From the NCBI GenBank assembly GCA_041651115.1, contig JBAZJY010000001.1, positions 453,165 to 517,164 of the forward strand: a DNA stretch of 64,000 nt, in the 5' to 3' direction. Under the pieces are notes generated by a model. The model ran no database searches. It was not told the DNA's origin and saw nothing but the letters and a program-made list of their open reading frames with translations. The stretch is from Candidatus Omnitrophota bacterium (lineage in GTDB: Bacteria > Omnitrophota > Gorgyraeia > Gygaellales > Profunditerraquicolaceae). This document shows positions 30,200 through 39,100 of this stretch, in pieces. The number at the start of each line of letters is the position of its first letter. Position 1 is the stretch's first letter. The position numbers and the translations under genes were made by a program.

Positions 30200-30555
30200 T
30201 GGGTTTTGTGATCGCAATACACGTAATTGCCTGCGCCCTTTTGATCATTATCATCCTGGTACAGGCAGGAAGAGGCGGGGGGCTGGTTGAGGGATTTTCC
30301 GGGGTGGAATCGATGTTCGGGCCAAAAACAAGCGCTTTTCTTACCAAGGCCACCAGCATCTTATCCACATTGTTCTTTATCACCTGCATAAGCCTGGCAT
30401 TTTTATCGGCGAGGCAAAGCAAATCGCTGATGGCCGGCATAAAAACGCAGGCAGAACAAAAACCGGCACCTGAAGCCGCATCTCCGGCAGCGCCTGCTGC
30501 AGAGCCTGCTCAAACACAGCCTGTTCAAACACAGGATGCCGTCCCTGCAAAGTAG
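30196..30555 (+). CDS. secG: Preprotein translocase subunit SecG (with Pro/Ala-rich C-terminal extension)
   Basis: [31 protein letters not shown]-terminus is the SecG signature; ~45-aa PA-rich tail. Confidence 0.75.
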   Translation: MMGFVIAIHVIACALLIIIILVQAGRGGGLVEGFSGVESMFGPKTSAFLTKATSILSTLFFITCISLAFLSARQSKSLMAGIKTQAEQKPAPEAASPAAPAAEPAQTQPVQTQDAVPAK

Positions 30556-31726
30556 AGGGTTATTCTGGGTCTACGCTTTAAGTGCCGCGGTTTATTTTAA
30601 TCAAGGCATTGAAGGGCTTCCTTCCCAAGGTCTATTCTATTACCTAAAAGAAACCTTAAAATTCTCTCCTGAGAAGATCATGTTTTTAACCAGCATTGCC
30701 ACCTTTGCCTGGCTGGTTAAACCGCTGATCGGCTATGCCATTGATAATTTCCTCAGTAAAAAATTATGGATATGCTTTGCTCTGATCTTTAATACCGCCA
30801 TGGTCATGGTGATCGGCACGGTGAATTTGCCGCTTGCAGCCCTAATTGCCGTATTGCTGTTCAATTCCACCGGCGCTGCGTTCAGGGACGTGGCAGCGGA
30901 CGGGATCATGTGCGTAGAAGGCAAAAATTACAATACCACCGGAAAGATCCAAAGCGTGCAATGGATCGCCCTTTCTGTATCCGGCCTGCTCACTGGCATA
31001 GCGGGAGGCTACATTGCCCAAAAATGGGATTACAAGATCGGGTTTTTATGGCTGATCCCTTTTTATGCGAGCGCGCTGGTGATCGCCTTTTTTTACCGCC
31101 AAAGCCCGCAGATAGAAGGCCATGGGCAGAAAAAATATGCCTTGAAGGAATTAAAACATTTACTGCTGAACAAACAGCTGATGTTCACCGCGCTCTTTAT
31201 ATTCCTCTATCAATTTTCTCCCTCTTTCGGTACCCCGCTTTTTTTCATCCAGCGCGATACTTTTGGATGGGACAAGATCTGGATCGGAACGCTGGGAACG
31301 ATCGGCATGGTTTTTAGAATAATCGGCGCCGTATTTTATTATAAGTTCAGCCAGCGGATAAATATTAAAAAATGGATCTATATTTCAGTATTCGTGGGAG
31401 CAACAACCACATTAAGTTACCTGTATTATACGCCGCTAACCGCAGTTATTTACGAGATCATCTATAGTTTTCTCGGGATGTTCATCTTTATTATGCTGCT
31501 TGACCTGATGGCCAGAAAAACCGCCAAAGGCTTTGAAGCGACTTCTTTTGCACTACTCTGCAGCTTCAGCAATCTCGCCCTCACCGCCGGAAATTTATCC
31601 GGGGCTTTTCTCTTGCCTAAGCTCGGGCTGAAATCACTGATCGTAATTTCATCACTCAGCAGTTTTTTATGCCTCACCCTGATCAATAAGATCCATGAAC
31701 CGGCACACGCTGATGCTAAACAATAA
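30536..31726 (+). CDS. MFS-type transporter (BT1/folate-biopterin transporter-like)
   Basis: 396 aa, 12 predicted TM helices in two 6-helix halves; start uncertain (overlaps the secG end). Confidence 0.45.
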   Translation: MPSLQSRGLFWVYALSAAVYFNQGIEGLPSQGLFYYLKETLKFSPEKIMFLTSIATFAWLVKPLIGYAIDNFLSKKLWICFALIFNTAMVMVIGTVNLPLAALIAVLLFNSTGAAFRDVAADGIMCVEGKNYNTTGKIQSVQWIALSVSGLLTGIAGGYIAQKWDYKIGFLWLIPFYASALVIAFFYRQSPQIEGHGQKKYALKELKHLLLNKQLMFTALFIFLYQFSPSFGTPLFFIQRDTFGWDKIWIGTLGTIGMVFRIIGAVFYYKFSQRINIKKWIYISVFVGATTTLSYLYYTPLTAVIYEIIYSFLGMFIFIMLLDLMARKTAKGFEATSFALLCSFSNLALTAGNLSGAFLLPKLGLKSLIVISSLSSFLCLTLINKIHEPAHADAKQ

Positions 31727-33236
31727 AAGAACATACATCGTTATACTTATAATATTAGCCTGCGCCGCTTATATAAATTCGCTGCCGAACGCTTTTATTT
31801 CAGATGATATTCCCGGAATAGCCGAAAATAACGCGATCAATAAGCTATCCAATGTTACTGCGCAACCGATGTTTTTTCTCAGGCCGCTATTCTACTGGGG
31901 AATTTCCGGCTTATTCGGAGAAACAGCCATTTTTTTCAGGCTGGTGAACATCCTTTTTCATTTAGGGGCGGTAGTTGCGGCATATTTACTGATCAGCCGG
32001 CTGCATACGCCGCTAACCGCGTTTTTCGCTGCGGCGATCTTCGCTGTTCATCCGATCGCGACAGAAGCAGTAACATGGATCTCCGGCGGTCCATATTCCC
32101 AATGCGGTTTTTTCCTTTTGTTGGCGCTGCTGTTTTTTAACAAACGAGAGGGGAAGAGGCGGTTTTATTCACTTTCATTGATCAGCTTTTTTTTAGCACT
32201 AGTTTCCGGTATAACTGCCATAGTCCTTCCTTTAATACTGATTGTATTTCTTATTTGTTTTGGGAAATTTAAAGGAGAATGGGAAAAAACCCTGCCGTTT
32301 TTTGGCCTTGGCCTGGTCTGGGCTACAGCAGGCCTGCTGCAGATAAACAACCGGAATAACATTATTGCTGCGGTATATTCTCAAAAAACCGAATGGCTCA
32401 ATCCTTTTATACAAATACCTTTTGCCGTAACTTCCTATCTACAACTGATTTTCTGGCCGGATAAGCTTACGCTTTATCATTCTGAGTTGGCGATCAACCA
32501 AAATGAATACTTGCTACGACTTGCCTTATTCGTTATTTTTCTCCTAATTATGATTTATTCATTTAAACGCCAGCACAAAGTATTTTTCTGGTGCGCGTTT
32601 TTCTTTATTTGCCTGCTGCCTACGCTGACGCCGTTGGGAATTTCCTCGGTAGTAGCAGAACGTTATGCATATTTAGCATCATTGGGAATTTTTACGCTTG
32701 TTGGGCTTGCTTTTAGCCGGTTAAGAAATATAAAAAATTTCCGGTTGACAGCTTATGCCATATTCTTTGCCGTAATCTGCGCCTTGCTCATAAGGACGGT
32801 AATCCGTAATCTTGATTGGAGAAGCGAAGACCGGCTTTGGACTGCCACGGTCGCGCTTTCACCATCCAGCCCTAATGCCCATAATAATATGGGAGATGTA
32901 TATAGCCGTGCAGGGGATTTGAGTAATGCGCTGAAAGAATTCAGCCGCGCTATAGAGCTAAAACCTGATTATGCTGCTGCCTGGCATAACCTGGCAAGCA
33001 CGTATCTGGCAATGGGGAAATTACAAGAAGCGGGGGAGGCATACAAAAAAGCCGTCTTGCTTAATCCCCGGCTCTGGGAGTCTTATCAGGATCTTGCAGT
33101 GCTCTATTTCCGCAGGAATGACCTTGCTGCTGCTCGTGATAACGCAACAAAGGCAATAGAACTCAATCCTTCCGAGCTCAAACTGCATCATAACCTCGCG
33201 ATGATCAACTTAAAATTAGAGCAGGCCGACCATTAA
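31713..33236 (+). CDS. TMTC-like protein: GT-C-type membrane domain (DUF1736-like) fused to C-terminal TPR repeats
   Basis: N-terminal 9-11 TM helices with FISDDIPGI (TMTC/PMT-like DD motif), C-terminal ~130 aa of TPR repeats (AWHNLASTYLAMGKLQEAGEAYKKAV...). Confidence 0.55.
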   Translation: MLNNKRTYIVILIILACAAYINSLPNAFISDDIPGIAENNAINKLSNVTAQPMFFLRPLFYWGISGLFGETAIFFRLVNILFHLGAVVAAYLLISRLHTPLTAFFAAAIFAVHPIATEAVTWISGGPYSQCGFFLLLALLFFNKREGKRRFYSLSLISFFLALVSGITAIVLPLILIVFLICFGKFKGEWEKTLPFFGLGLVWATAGLLQINNRNNIIAAVYSQKTEWLNPFIQIPFAVTSYLQLIFWPDKLTLYHSELAINQNEYLLRLALFVIFLLIMIYSFKRQHKVFFWCAFFFICLLPTLTPLGISSVVAERYAYLASLGIFTLVGLAFSRLRNIKNFRLTAYAIFFAVICALLIRTVIRNLDWRSEDRLWTATVALSPSSPNAHNNMGDVYSRAGDLSNALKEFSRAIELKPDYAAAWHNLASTYLAMGKLQEAGEAYKKAVLLNPRLWESYQDLAVLYFRRNDLAAARDNATKAIELNPSELKLHHNLAMINLKLEQADH

Positions 33237-33245
33237 TTTTACCTC

Positions 33246-33274
33246 TTGCCTTTTGTGCGAATATTTAATATAAT
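33246..33274 (+). promoter_or_regulatory. Sigma70-like promoter (TTGCCT, 17-nt spacer, TATAAT) upstream of marC-glgC
   Basis: Read directly from the sequence; 9 nt before ATG 33283. Confidence 0.4.
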
Positions 33275-33282
33275 AGGAAGCT

Positions 33283-33885
33283 ATGATAGACATTTTAAGG
33301 CCGTACATACTGTCTTTCATTCCCATCTTCGTTGCCGTGGATTCTATCGGTAACATTCCGGTTTTTATTTCCCTCATTGAAAACACGAGCAAAAAACAAC
33401 GCAATACGATCATTGCTGAATCGATCACCACCGCGACCTTAATGGCGATTGTCTTTATGTTCGCGGGTAAGTGGGTACTGCGGCTATTAGGCATTACTAT
33501 CCCGGATTTTCAAATTGCCGGCGGCGCGCTTCTTTTTGTCATTTCGCTACGACTGCTTTTACCGGGGTCGCACAAAGCTGCCCTAACCGATGGCCACAAC
33601 AAAGACATCGGGGTTTTTCCTCTTGGTACGCCGCTGATCACCGGGCCGGCAGTATTGACTACCACCTTGATCATGCTTGATACGCACGGCATTATCCCGA
33701 CATTCACTTCGCTGATCCTGAACATGCTCTTTGTATGGGTAATGCTGGCGAAAGCCGATTTCATTATGAAACTATTCGGAGAGGCAGGCACGCGTGCCTT
33801 TTCCAAAATCATGTTTATCCTGCTGGCGGCGATCAGCGTAATGATGATCCGCCTCGGGGTAACGGGAGTGATCAGCGCATGGTAA
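33283..33885 (+). CDS. MarC-family (UPF0056) integral membrane protein
   Basis: 200 aa, 6 TM; the FIPIFVAVDSIGNIPVFISL N-terminal motif is characteristic of the MarC family. Confidence 0.7.
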   Translation: MIDILRPYILSFIPIFVAVDSIGNIPVFISLIENTSKKQRNTIIAESITTATLMAIVFMFAGKWVLRLLGITIPDFQIAGGALLFVISLRLLLPGSHKAALTDGHNKDIGVFPLGTPLITGPAVLTTTLIMLDTHGIIPTFTSLILNMLFVWVMLAKADFIMKLFGEAGTRAFSKIMFILLAAISVMMIRLGVTGVISAW

Positions 33886-35102
33886 AGAAAGTCCTTACAT
33901 TCATCATGGCCGGAGGAAAAGGCGAGCGGCTCTGGCCGCTGACTAAAGACCGCACAAAACCGGCAGTGCCGTTCGGCGGGATCTACCGGATCATTGATTT
34001 TACCTTAAGCAACTGCATCAATTCCGGGCTGCGCAAGATCTATGTGCTTACGCAGTATAAATCAGCATCCCTGCAAAGGCATATCAGGCTGGGCTGGAAC
34101 ATATTGTCTTCTGAATTAGCCGAATATATTGAACTGCTGCCGGCGCAACAGCGGATCAGTGAGACGTGGTATTTGGGCACGGCAGACGCGATCTATCAAA
34201 ATCTTTATACCCTTGAAATTGATAAAACCGACGAAGTCTTGATCCTGGCCGGCGACCATATCTATAAAATGAATTATTACACGATGATAGATTTTCACCG
34301 GGAAGTTGACGCTGACCTTACTGTCGGCGTAGTGGAAGTGCCTAAAGAAAGATCTGCCCACCTGGGCGTAGTTGACGTTGATACGCTGGGCAGGGTAACC
34401 GGCTTTCAGGAAAAACCGCAAAAACCAAAAACCATCCCTAATAAACCGGATATGGTCTATGCTTCAATGGGCATCTATGTATTTAAACACGCGGTCCTTG
34501 AGCAGGAATTACTGGAAGACGCCAAGAACAACAGCCATCATGATTTCGGCAAGGACATTATTCCGCAAATGCTGAAGAAGGGCTTAAAAGTAGCTGCTTA
34601 TAATTTTATTGACGAGAATAAAAAAGAGGCGCAATACTGGAGGGACATCGGGACCATTGACGCCTACTATGAAGCAAATATGGATCTGGTGCAGGTTGAC
34701 CCGGTATTTAACCTCTATGACAAAGAATGGCCGATCCGCACGTATCAGGAACAATTCCCTCCGGCAAAAACGGTTTTTTCCGGCGAAGAAGTTACCGGCC
34801 GCGTTGGCCTTACGCTGGATTCCTTTGCTGCCGGAGGCTGCATTATCAGCGGCGGCAGGGTGCAGCGCTCAATACTTTCGCCTAATGTGAGGATCAACAG
34901 CTACTCGCAAGTCTATGATTCCATCCTGATGGAAGGCGTTAATGTCGGCAGGCACGCGAAAATAAAAAGGGCGATCATCGATAAAGACGTGGTGATCCCG
35001 CAGGGCATGGTCATTGGCTATGATCCGGAAGCAGACCGCAAGCGTTTCTTTGTCAGCGATTCAGGTGTGGTGGTAGTAGCTAAAGGGACGGAGATTAAAT
35101 GA
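33879..35102 (+). CDS. glgC: Glucose-1-phosphate adenylyltransferase
   Basis: MAGGKGERLWPLTKDRTKPAVPFGG, YRIIDF, C-terminal left-handed beta-helix; start at ATG 33879 (ATGGTAA overlap with the marC stop). The upstream part of the track ORF is a frame artifact. Confidence 0.8.
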   Translation: MVKKVLTFIMAGGKGERLWPLTKDRTKPAVPFGGIYRIIDFTLSNCINSGLRKIYVLTQYKSASLQRHIRLGWNILSSELAEYIELLPAQQRISETWYLGTADAIYQNLYTLEIDKTDEVLILAGDHIYKMNYYTMIDFHREVDADLTVGVVEVPKERSAHLGVVDVDTLGRVTGFQEKPQKPKTIPNKPDMVYASMGIYVFKHAVLEQELLEDAKNNSHHDFGKDIIPQMLKKGLKVAAYNFIDENKKEAQYWRDIGTIDAYYEANMDLVQVDPVFNLYDKEWPIRTYQEQFPPAKTVFSGEEVTGRVGLTLDSFAAGGCIISGGRVQRSILSPNVRINSYSQVYDSILMEGVNVGRHAKIKRAIIDKDVVIPQGMVIGYDPEADRKRFFVSDSGVVVVAKGTEIK

Positions 35103-35155
35103 GGCCATAACTTATGGAGCGTAGCGAACATAAGTTATCCGGCCGAATTTACCCC
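35097..35155 (+). repeat. 59-bp palindromic repeat element, copy 1 (stem GGCCATAACTTATG/CATAAGTTATccGGCC)
   Basis: Begins on the glgC stop codon; followed by a second hairpin CCCCTGAC...GTCAGGGG (35152-35187). Confidence 0.6.
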
Positions 35156-35205
35156 TGACGAAGACAAATATACATGTAAGTCAGGGGATAGGTAATTATT
35201 CAACT

Positions 35206-35655
35206 ATGATACGCAAAGCAAATATCAACGATATTAAAACGATCCAGGCACTGATCAATTCCTTCGCAAAAGAAGATCTGATGCTGCCACGCTCGCTGAA
35301 CGAGCTTTACGATAATATCCGCGACTTCTGGGTATACGAAATAAACAGGAAGCTTATCGGTTGCGCTGCCTTGCATATCTGCTGGCAGGACCTGACAGAA
35401 ATAAAATCGCTTGCAGTAGAAAAGAAGCACCAGGGAAAAAGTATCGGCACACAACTGGTAAGCATCTGTATTGACGAAGCCAGGAAACTTGGCGCAAAGA
35501 AAATTTTTACCCTCACCTATAAACCCGGCTTTTTTAAAAAATTTGGCTTCCGCCGCGTAAAACACGCTGACCTGCCACATAAAGTCTGGGCAGAATGCAT
35601 CAACTGCCCGAAATTCCCCAACTGCCAGGAGATTGCCTTACTAAAGGTATTGTAA
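35206..35655 (+). CDS. GNAT-family N-acetyltransferase (short ArgA/N-acetylglutamate synthase-like)
   Basis: Acetyl-CoA binding motif A QGKSIGTQLV; C-terminal CINCPKFPNC cysteine cluster. Confidence 0.7.
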   Translation: MIRKANINDIKTIQALINSFAKEDLMLPRSLNELYDNIRDFWVYEINRKLIGCAALHICWQDLTEIKSLAVEKKHQGKSIGTQLVSICIDEARKLGAKKIFTLTYKPGFFKKFGFRRVKHADLPHKVWAECINCPKFPNCQEIALLKVL

Positions 35656-35713
35656 ATGAGGCCACAACTTATGGAGCATAGGCGAACATAAGTTGTATGG
35701 CCGAATTTATCCC
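35654..35713 (+). repeat. 59-bp palindromic repeat element, copy 2 (stem GGCCACAACTTATG/CATAAGTTGTatGGCC)
   Basis: ~85% identical to copy 1; begins on the GNAT stop codon; carries paired compensatory changes in the stem (T>C with A>G). Confidence 0.6.
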
Positions 35714-35729
35714 GCACCGTAACATTTAT

Positions 35730-35760
35730 TGCTTTATTTTTTAATTTATTTTGGTATAAT
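35730..35760 (+). promoter_or_regulatory. Extended -10 promoter (TGgTATAAT) upstream of bcd-etfBA
   Basis: TGGTATAAT at 35752-35760 in an AT-rich tract; RBS AAAGGAGAG before ATG 35815. Confidence 0.35.
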
Positions 35761-35814
35761 TACTAAGGTTTCAAAAGGTGCGGGATTAAATCATAGACGT
35801 AAAGGAGAGAAACC

Positions 35815-36966
35815 ATGGACTATTTGTTGACTGAAGAACAGAAAATGATCAAGGACCTCGCGCATAAGATCGCAGAGGAAAAATTACGTCCGGTAGCGGC
35901 AAAATACGACCAGAGCGAAGAATACCCCTGGGATGTGATCAAGGTGATCGCGGAATCCGATCTTTTTGGATTATTTATCCCGGAAGAATACGGCGGGTTA
36001 AGCGTGGGCGTTTTAAACCTCTGCCTGGCTACGGAAGAATTATCCCGCGCCTGCGGCGGTATTGCCGTTTGCTACGCAGCTTCTGCTCTTGGAACATTTC
36101 CGATCGTATTATTCGGAAATGATGAACAAAAAAAGAAGTACCTGCCTGATCTGGCAAAAGGCAAAAAGGTCGCGGCATTTGCCATCACCGAGCCGGAAGC
36201 CGGCTCTGACGCTTCGGCAATCAAAACTACGGCAAAAAAAGAAGGCGACCATTATGTCCTGAACGGCCTTAAGCATTTCATTACTAACGGCGGCGATGCG
36301 GAAACCTATGTAGTCATTGCCATGACCGATAAAACAAAAGGCGCCAGAGGGGCGTCGGCGTTTATCGTGGAAAAAGGCACTCCCGGATTCACCTTCGGTA
36401 AAAAAGAGGATAAATTCGGCATCCGCGCCTCATCAACCCGTGAACTGATCTTTACCGATTGCAAAATACCGAAAGAAAACCTGCTTTCCAAAGAAGGTAT
36501 GGGTTTTATCGTTACAATGAAAACATTTGATATGTCGCGGCCGGGTGTAGCTGCCCAGGCATTAGGCATTGCCCAGGGAGCATTGGAACTGGCGGTAAAA
36601 TACGCAAAGGAAAGGCAGCAGTTCGGCAAGTCAATCTCCAGTTTCCAGGGCATTCAATGGATGCTTGCTGATATGGCTACGGAAATCGAAGCGGCAAGAG
36701 GCCTGGTCTATTCCACTGCCAGGATGCTTGATGCCGGGATCAAAGACGTTGCCAGGGATTCGGCAATGGCAAAGATGTTTGCCTCTGACGTGGCAATGAA
36801 AGTGACCGTGGACGCGCTTCAGATATTCGGCGGTTACGGTTATATGAAAGACTATCCGATTGAAAAATACGTGCGCGACGCAAAGATCACCCAGATATAT
36901 GAAGGCACTAACCAGGTACAGCGCAGTATTATCGCTTTACAGTTAATCAAGGAATTCGCTAAATGA
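35815..36966 (+). CDS. Acyl-CoA dehydrogenase (short-chain/butyryl-CoA dehydrogenase-like)
   Basis: 383 aa; GFAITEPEAGSD (ACAD signature 1), QIFGGYGY (signature 2), catalytic YEGT. Confidence 0.85.
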   Translation: MDYLLTEEQKMIKDLAHKIAEEKLRPVAAKYDQSEEYPWDVIKVIAESDLFGLFIPEEYGGLSVGVLNLCLATEELSRACGGIAVCYAASALGTFPIVLFGNDEQKKKYLPDLAKGKKVAAFAITEPEAGSDASAIKTTAKKEGDHYVLNGLKHFITNGGDAETYVVIAMTDKTKGARGASAFIVEKGTPGFTFGKKEDKFGIRASSTRELIFTDCKIPKENLLSKEGMGFIVTMKTFDMSRPGVAAQALGIAQGALELAVKYAKERQQFGKSISSFQGIQWMLADMATEIEAARGLVYSTARMLDAGIKDVARDSAMAKMFASDVAMKVTVDALQIFGGYGYMKDYPIEKYVRDAKITQIYEGTNQVQRSIIALQLIKEFAK

Positions 36967-37745
36967 ACATTATCGTCTGTATAAAACAGGTTCCGGAAAC
37001 AACCGAAGTGAGGATCAATCCGGAAACAAACACTTTAATCCGCGAAGGGGTGAAAGCGATCATCAACCCCTTTGATATGTATGCCATTGAAGAAGCAGTG
37101 CGGCTTAAGGAAAAGTTTGGCGGAAAGGCTACGGTAATCACCATGGGCCCGCCGCAAGCAGAGGCGGCATTAAAAGAAGCGATATCCATGGGCATTGACG
37201 AAGGCGTTCTTGTTTGCGACCGCGCGTTTGCCGGAAGCGACACCTGGGCAACCAGCTATACTTTAGCCGGAGCAATAAAGAAAACCGGGGCATTTGACCT
37301 GATCATCTGCGGCAAACAGGCATCAGACGGCGACACTGCCCAGGTCGGGCCGGGGATCGCCACCCACCTTGATATTCCGCAGGTAACTTACGTTAAAAAA
37401 ATAGAAGAAACCAAAGATAAAACGATACGCGTGGAAAGAATGATGGAAGAAGGTTTCGAGATCATTGAAGCTCCTTTACCTTGCCTGATCACCGTAGTAA
37501 AAGAGATCAATGAACCGCGCATACCTTCATTAAAGGGGATGATGCGGGCAAAGGCAGCCAAGATCACCATATGGACACAGAAAGAATTGGATCTTGATAG
37601 CCAAAGCATCGGGCTTTGCGGCTCGCCTACGCAAGTCGTGAAGATTTTTACGCCTCCCCAGAGACAAGGCGGCCAGATGCTTACCGGAGAAATAGAAGAT
37701 ATTGCCGGGAAACTGGTAGAATTAATTAAAGACGAGGTGCATTAA
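36963..37745 (+). CDS. etfB: Electron transfer flavoprotein beta subunit
   Basis: MNIIVCIKQVPE..., 260 aa, ATGA overlap with the acyl-CoA dehydrogenase gene. Confidence 0.85.
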   Translation: MNIIVCIKQVPETTEVRINPETNTLIREGVKAIINPFDMYAIEEAVRLKEKFGGKATVITMGPPQAEAALKEAISMGIDEGVLVCDRAFAGSDTWATSYTLAGAIKKTGAFDLIICGKQASDGDTAQVGPGIATHLDIPQVTYVKKIEETKDKTIRVERMMEEGFEIIEAPLPCLITVVKEINEPRIPSLKGMMRAKAAKITIWTQKELDLDSQSIGLCGSPTQVVKIFTPPQRQGGQMLTGEIEDIAGKLVELIKDEVH

Positions 37746-37746
37746 T

Positions 37747-38949
37747 ATGGCAATCCATATAATTACCGAAAAATGCACTGGCTGTACCTTATGCGTGAAG
37801 GTCTGCCCCTTTGATGCCATCCGCATAATGGATAAAAAAGCAACCATAGACGTCAATAAATGCAATCTTTGTGGCGCCTGTATAGATGCCTGCAAATTCA
37901 AGGCAGTGCTCATGGAAAAACCTAAAAACACCTGTGTATTGCCGGATATAAAAGATTACAAAGGCATCTGGGTGTTCATTGAACAGAAAAACGGAAAGAT
38001 CCAATCTATTTCCTATGAACTGCTCGGCAAAGCGCATGAGCTGGCAAAAAAGCTAAGCTGCCAGGTAAGCGGCGTTTTAATCGGCAATGATCTAGACGAC
38101 CAGCTGGACGAGTTGGTCTGGCATGGCGCAGATAATATCTATCTTGTGCAAGCCCCGGAGATAGCTAATTTCCAGGACGAGCCCTATACGAATATATTGG
38201 TCGAGTTGATCAAAAAACATAAGCCGGAGATCCTGCTTTGCGGGGCAACATCCATCGGCCGCTCGTTGATCGCCCGCGTAGCGATCAAAATAAAAGCCGG
38301 CCTGACTGCGGACTGCACCGGCCTTGACATTGACCCGGTAAAAAAGATCCTGCTGCAGACGCGACCTGCCTTCGGCGGAAACATCATGGCCACGATCGTC
38401 AGCCCGAATTACCGGCCGCAAATGGCAACTGTCCGGCATAAAGTCATGCAGCCGATCGCCCCGGACAAGAGCCGCAAAGGAAAGATCATTAACGAAAACT
38501 TTGACCCTGCAACTTATACCTCCCGCACCAAGCTCCTTGACATCGTAGAAGAAATAGAATCGCTGGTAAATATCGCCGAAGCGGACATTATTGTTTCCGG
38601 CGGCAGGGGAATGGGAGGAAAGGAAAATTTCAAAGTACTTGAAGATTTCGCCCATGTTCTGGGCGCCGCAGTCGGCTCTTCCCGCGCCGCGGTTGATTCC
38701 GGATGGATGCCTTATTCACACCAGGTCGGCCAGACCGGCAGGACCGTCGCGCCAAAGATATATATTGCCTGCGGCATATCCGGCCAGATCCAGCATATTG
38801 TCGGGATGTCCTCGTCTAAAATAATCGTAGCGATCAACAAAGACCCGGACGCCCCGATCTTTAAATACGCCACTTACGGTATTGTCGGAGACGTATTTCA
38901 GATCATCCCAGCTTTGACAAAAAAATTCAAAGAAACCTTAAAAAAATAG
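37747..38949 (+). CDS. etfA: Electron transfer flavoprotein alpha subunit with N-terminal 2x[4Fe-4S] ferredoxin domain
   Basis: CTGCTLCVKVCP and CNLCGACIDAC clusters, then an EtfA FAD-binding domain (VGQTGRTVAPKIYIACGISGQIQH). Confidence 0.85.
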   Translation: MAIHIITEKCTGCTLCVKVCPFDAIRIMDKKATIDVNKCNLCGACIDACKFKAVLMEKPKNTCVLPDIKDYKGIWVFIEQKNGKIQSISYELLGKAHELAKKLSCQVSGVLIGNDLDDQLDELVWHGADNIYLVQAPEIANFQDEPYTNILVELIKKHKPEILLCGATSIGRSLIARVAIKIKAGLTADCTGLDIDPVKKILLQTRPAFGGNIMATIVSPNYRPQMATVRHKVMQPIAPDKSRKGKIINENFDPATYTSRTKLLDIVEEIESLVNIAEADIIVSGGRGMGGKENFKVLEDFAHVLGAAVGSSRAAVDSGWMPYSHQVGQTGRTVAPKIYIACGISGQIQHIVGMSSSKIIVAINKDPDAPIFKYATYGIVGDVFQIIPALTKKFKETLKK

Positions 38950-38978
38950 TTGACATTATAAATGTTCGGGTATTAAAT
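38950..38978 (+). promoter_or_regulatory. Sigma70-like promoter (TTGACA, 17-nt spacer, TTAAAT) immediately after etfA
   Basis: Perfect -35 TTGACA at 38950-38955; -10-like TTAAAT at 38973-38978. Confidence 0.4.
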
Positions 38979-39033
38979 ATGTAGTAATAGGAAACAACGG
39001 TAAACGAAACCTCGAAGTGAAAGAGAGGTCAAG

Positions 39034-39078
39034 TTGAAGAAGCCGATAATCACGAGGTATCCCAAGGCAATTCTCTAA
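39034..39078 (+). other. Candidate 14-codon leader sORF (TTG start; MKKPIITRYPKAIL) whose stop lies inside the terminator stem
   Basis: SD AGAGAGG (39022-39028), 5-nt spacer, TTG 39034; stop TAA 39076-39078 lies within the 5' arm of the downstream intrinsic terminator. Confidence 0.3.
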
Positions 39079-39100
39079 AACAGAGAATTGCCTTTTTTTT
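39066..39100 (+). terminator. Rho-independent terminator (GGCAATTCTCT-AAAACA-GAGAATTGCC + T8)
   Basis: Perfect 10-11 bp stem, 6-nt loop, followed by TTTTTTTT (39093-39100). Confidence 0.7.

Noticed and set aside
33735-33878. 5' extension of the glgC ORF (track start 33735) overlapping marC.
   Set aside because: The conserved GlgC N-terminus (MAGGKGERL) begins shortly after ATG 33879, which overlaps the marC stop. The upstream portion is read-through in an open frame without RBS support.
35097-35713. Integron attC (59-base element) interpretation of the 59-bp repeats flanking the GNAT gene.
   Set aside because: No RYYYAAC/GTTRRRY core sites are recognisable, there is no intI or attI in the window, and glgC is not a typical cassette gene. 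I kept the elements as REP-like or cassette-boundary repeats of unknown mechanism.
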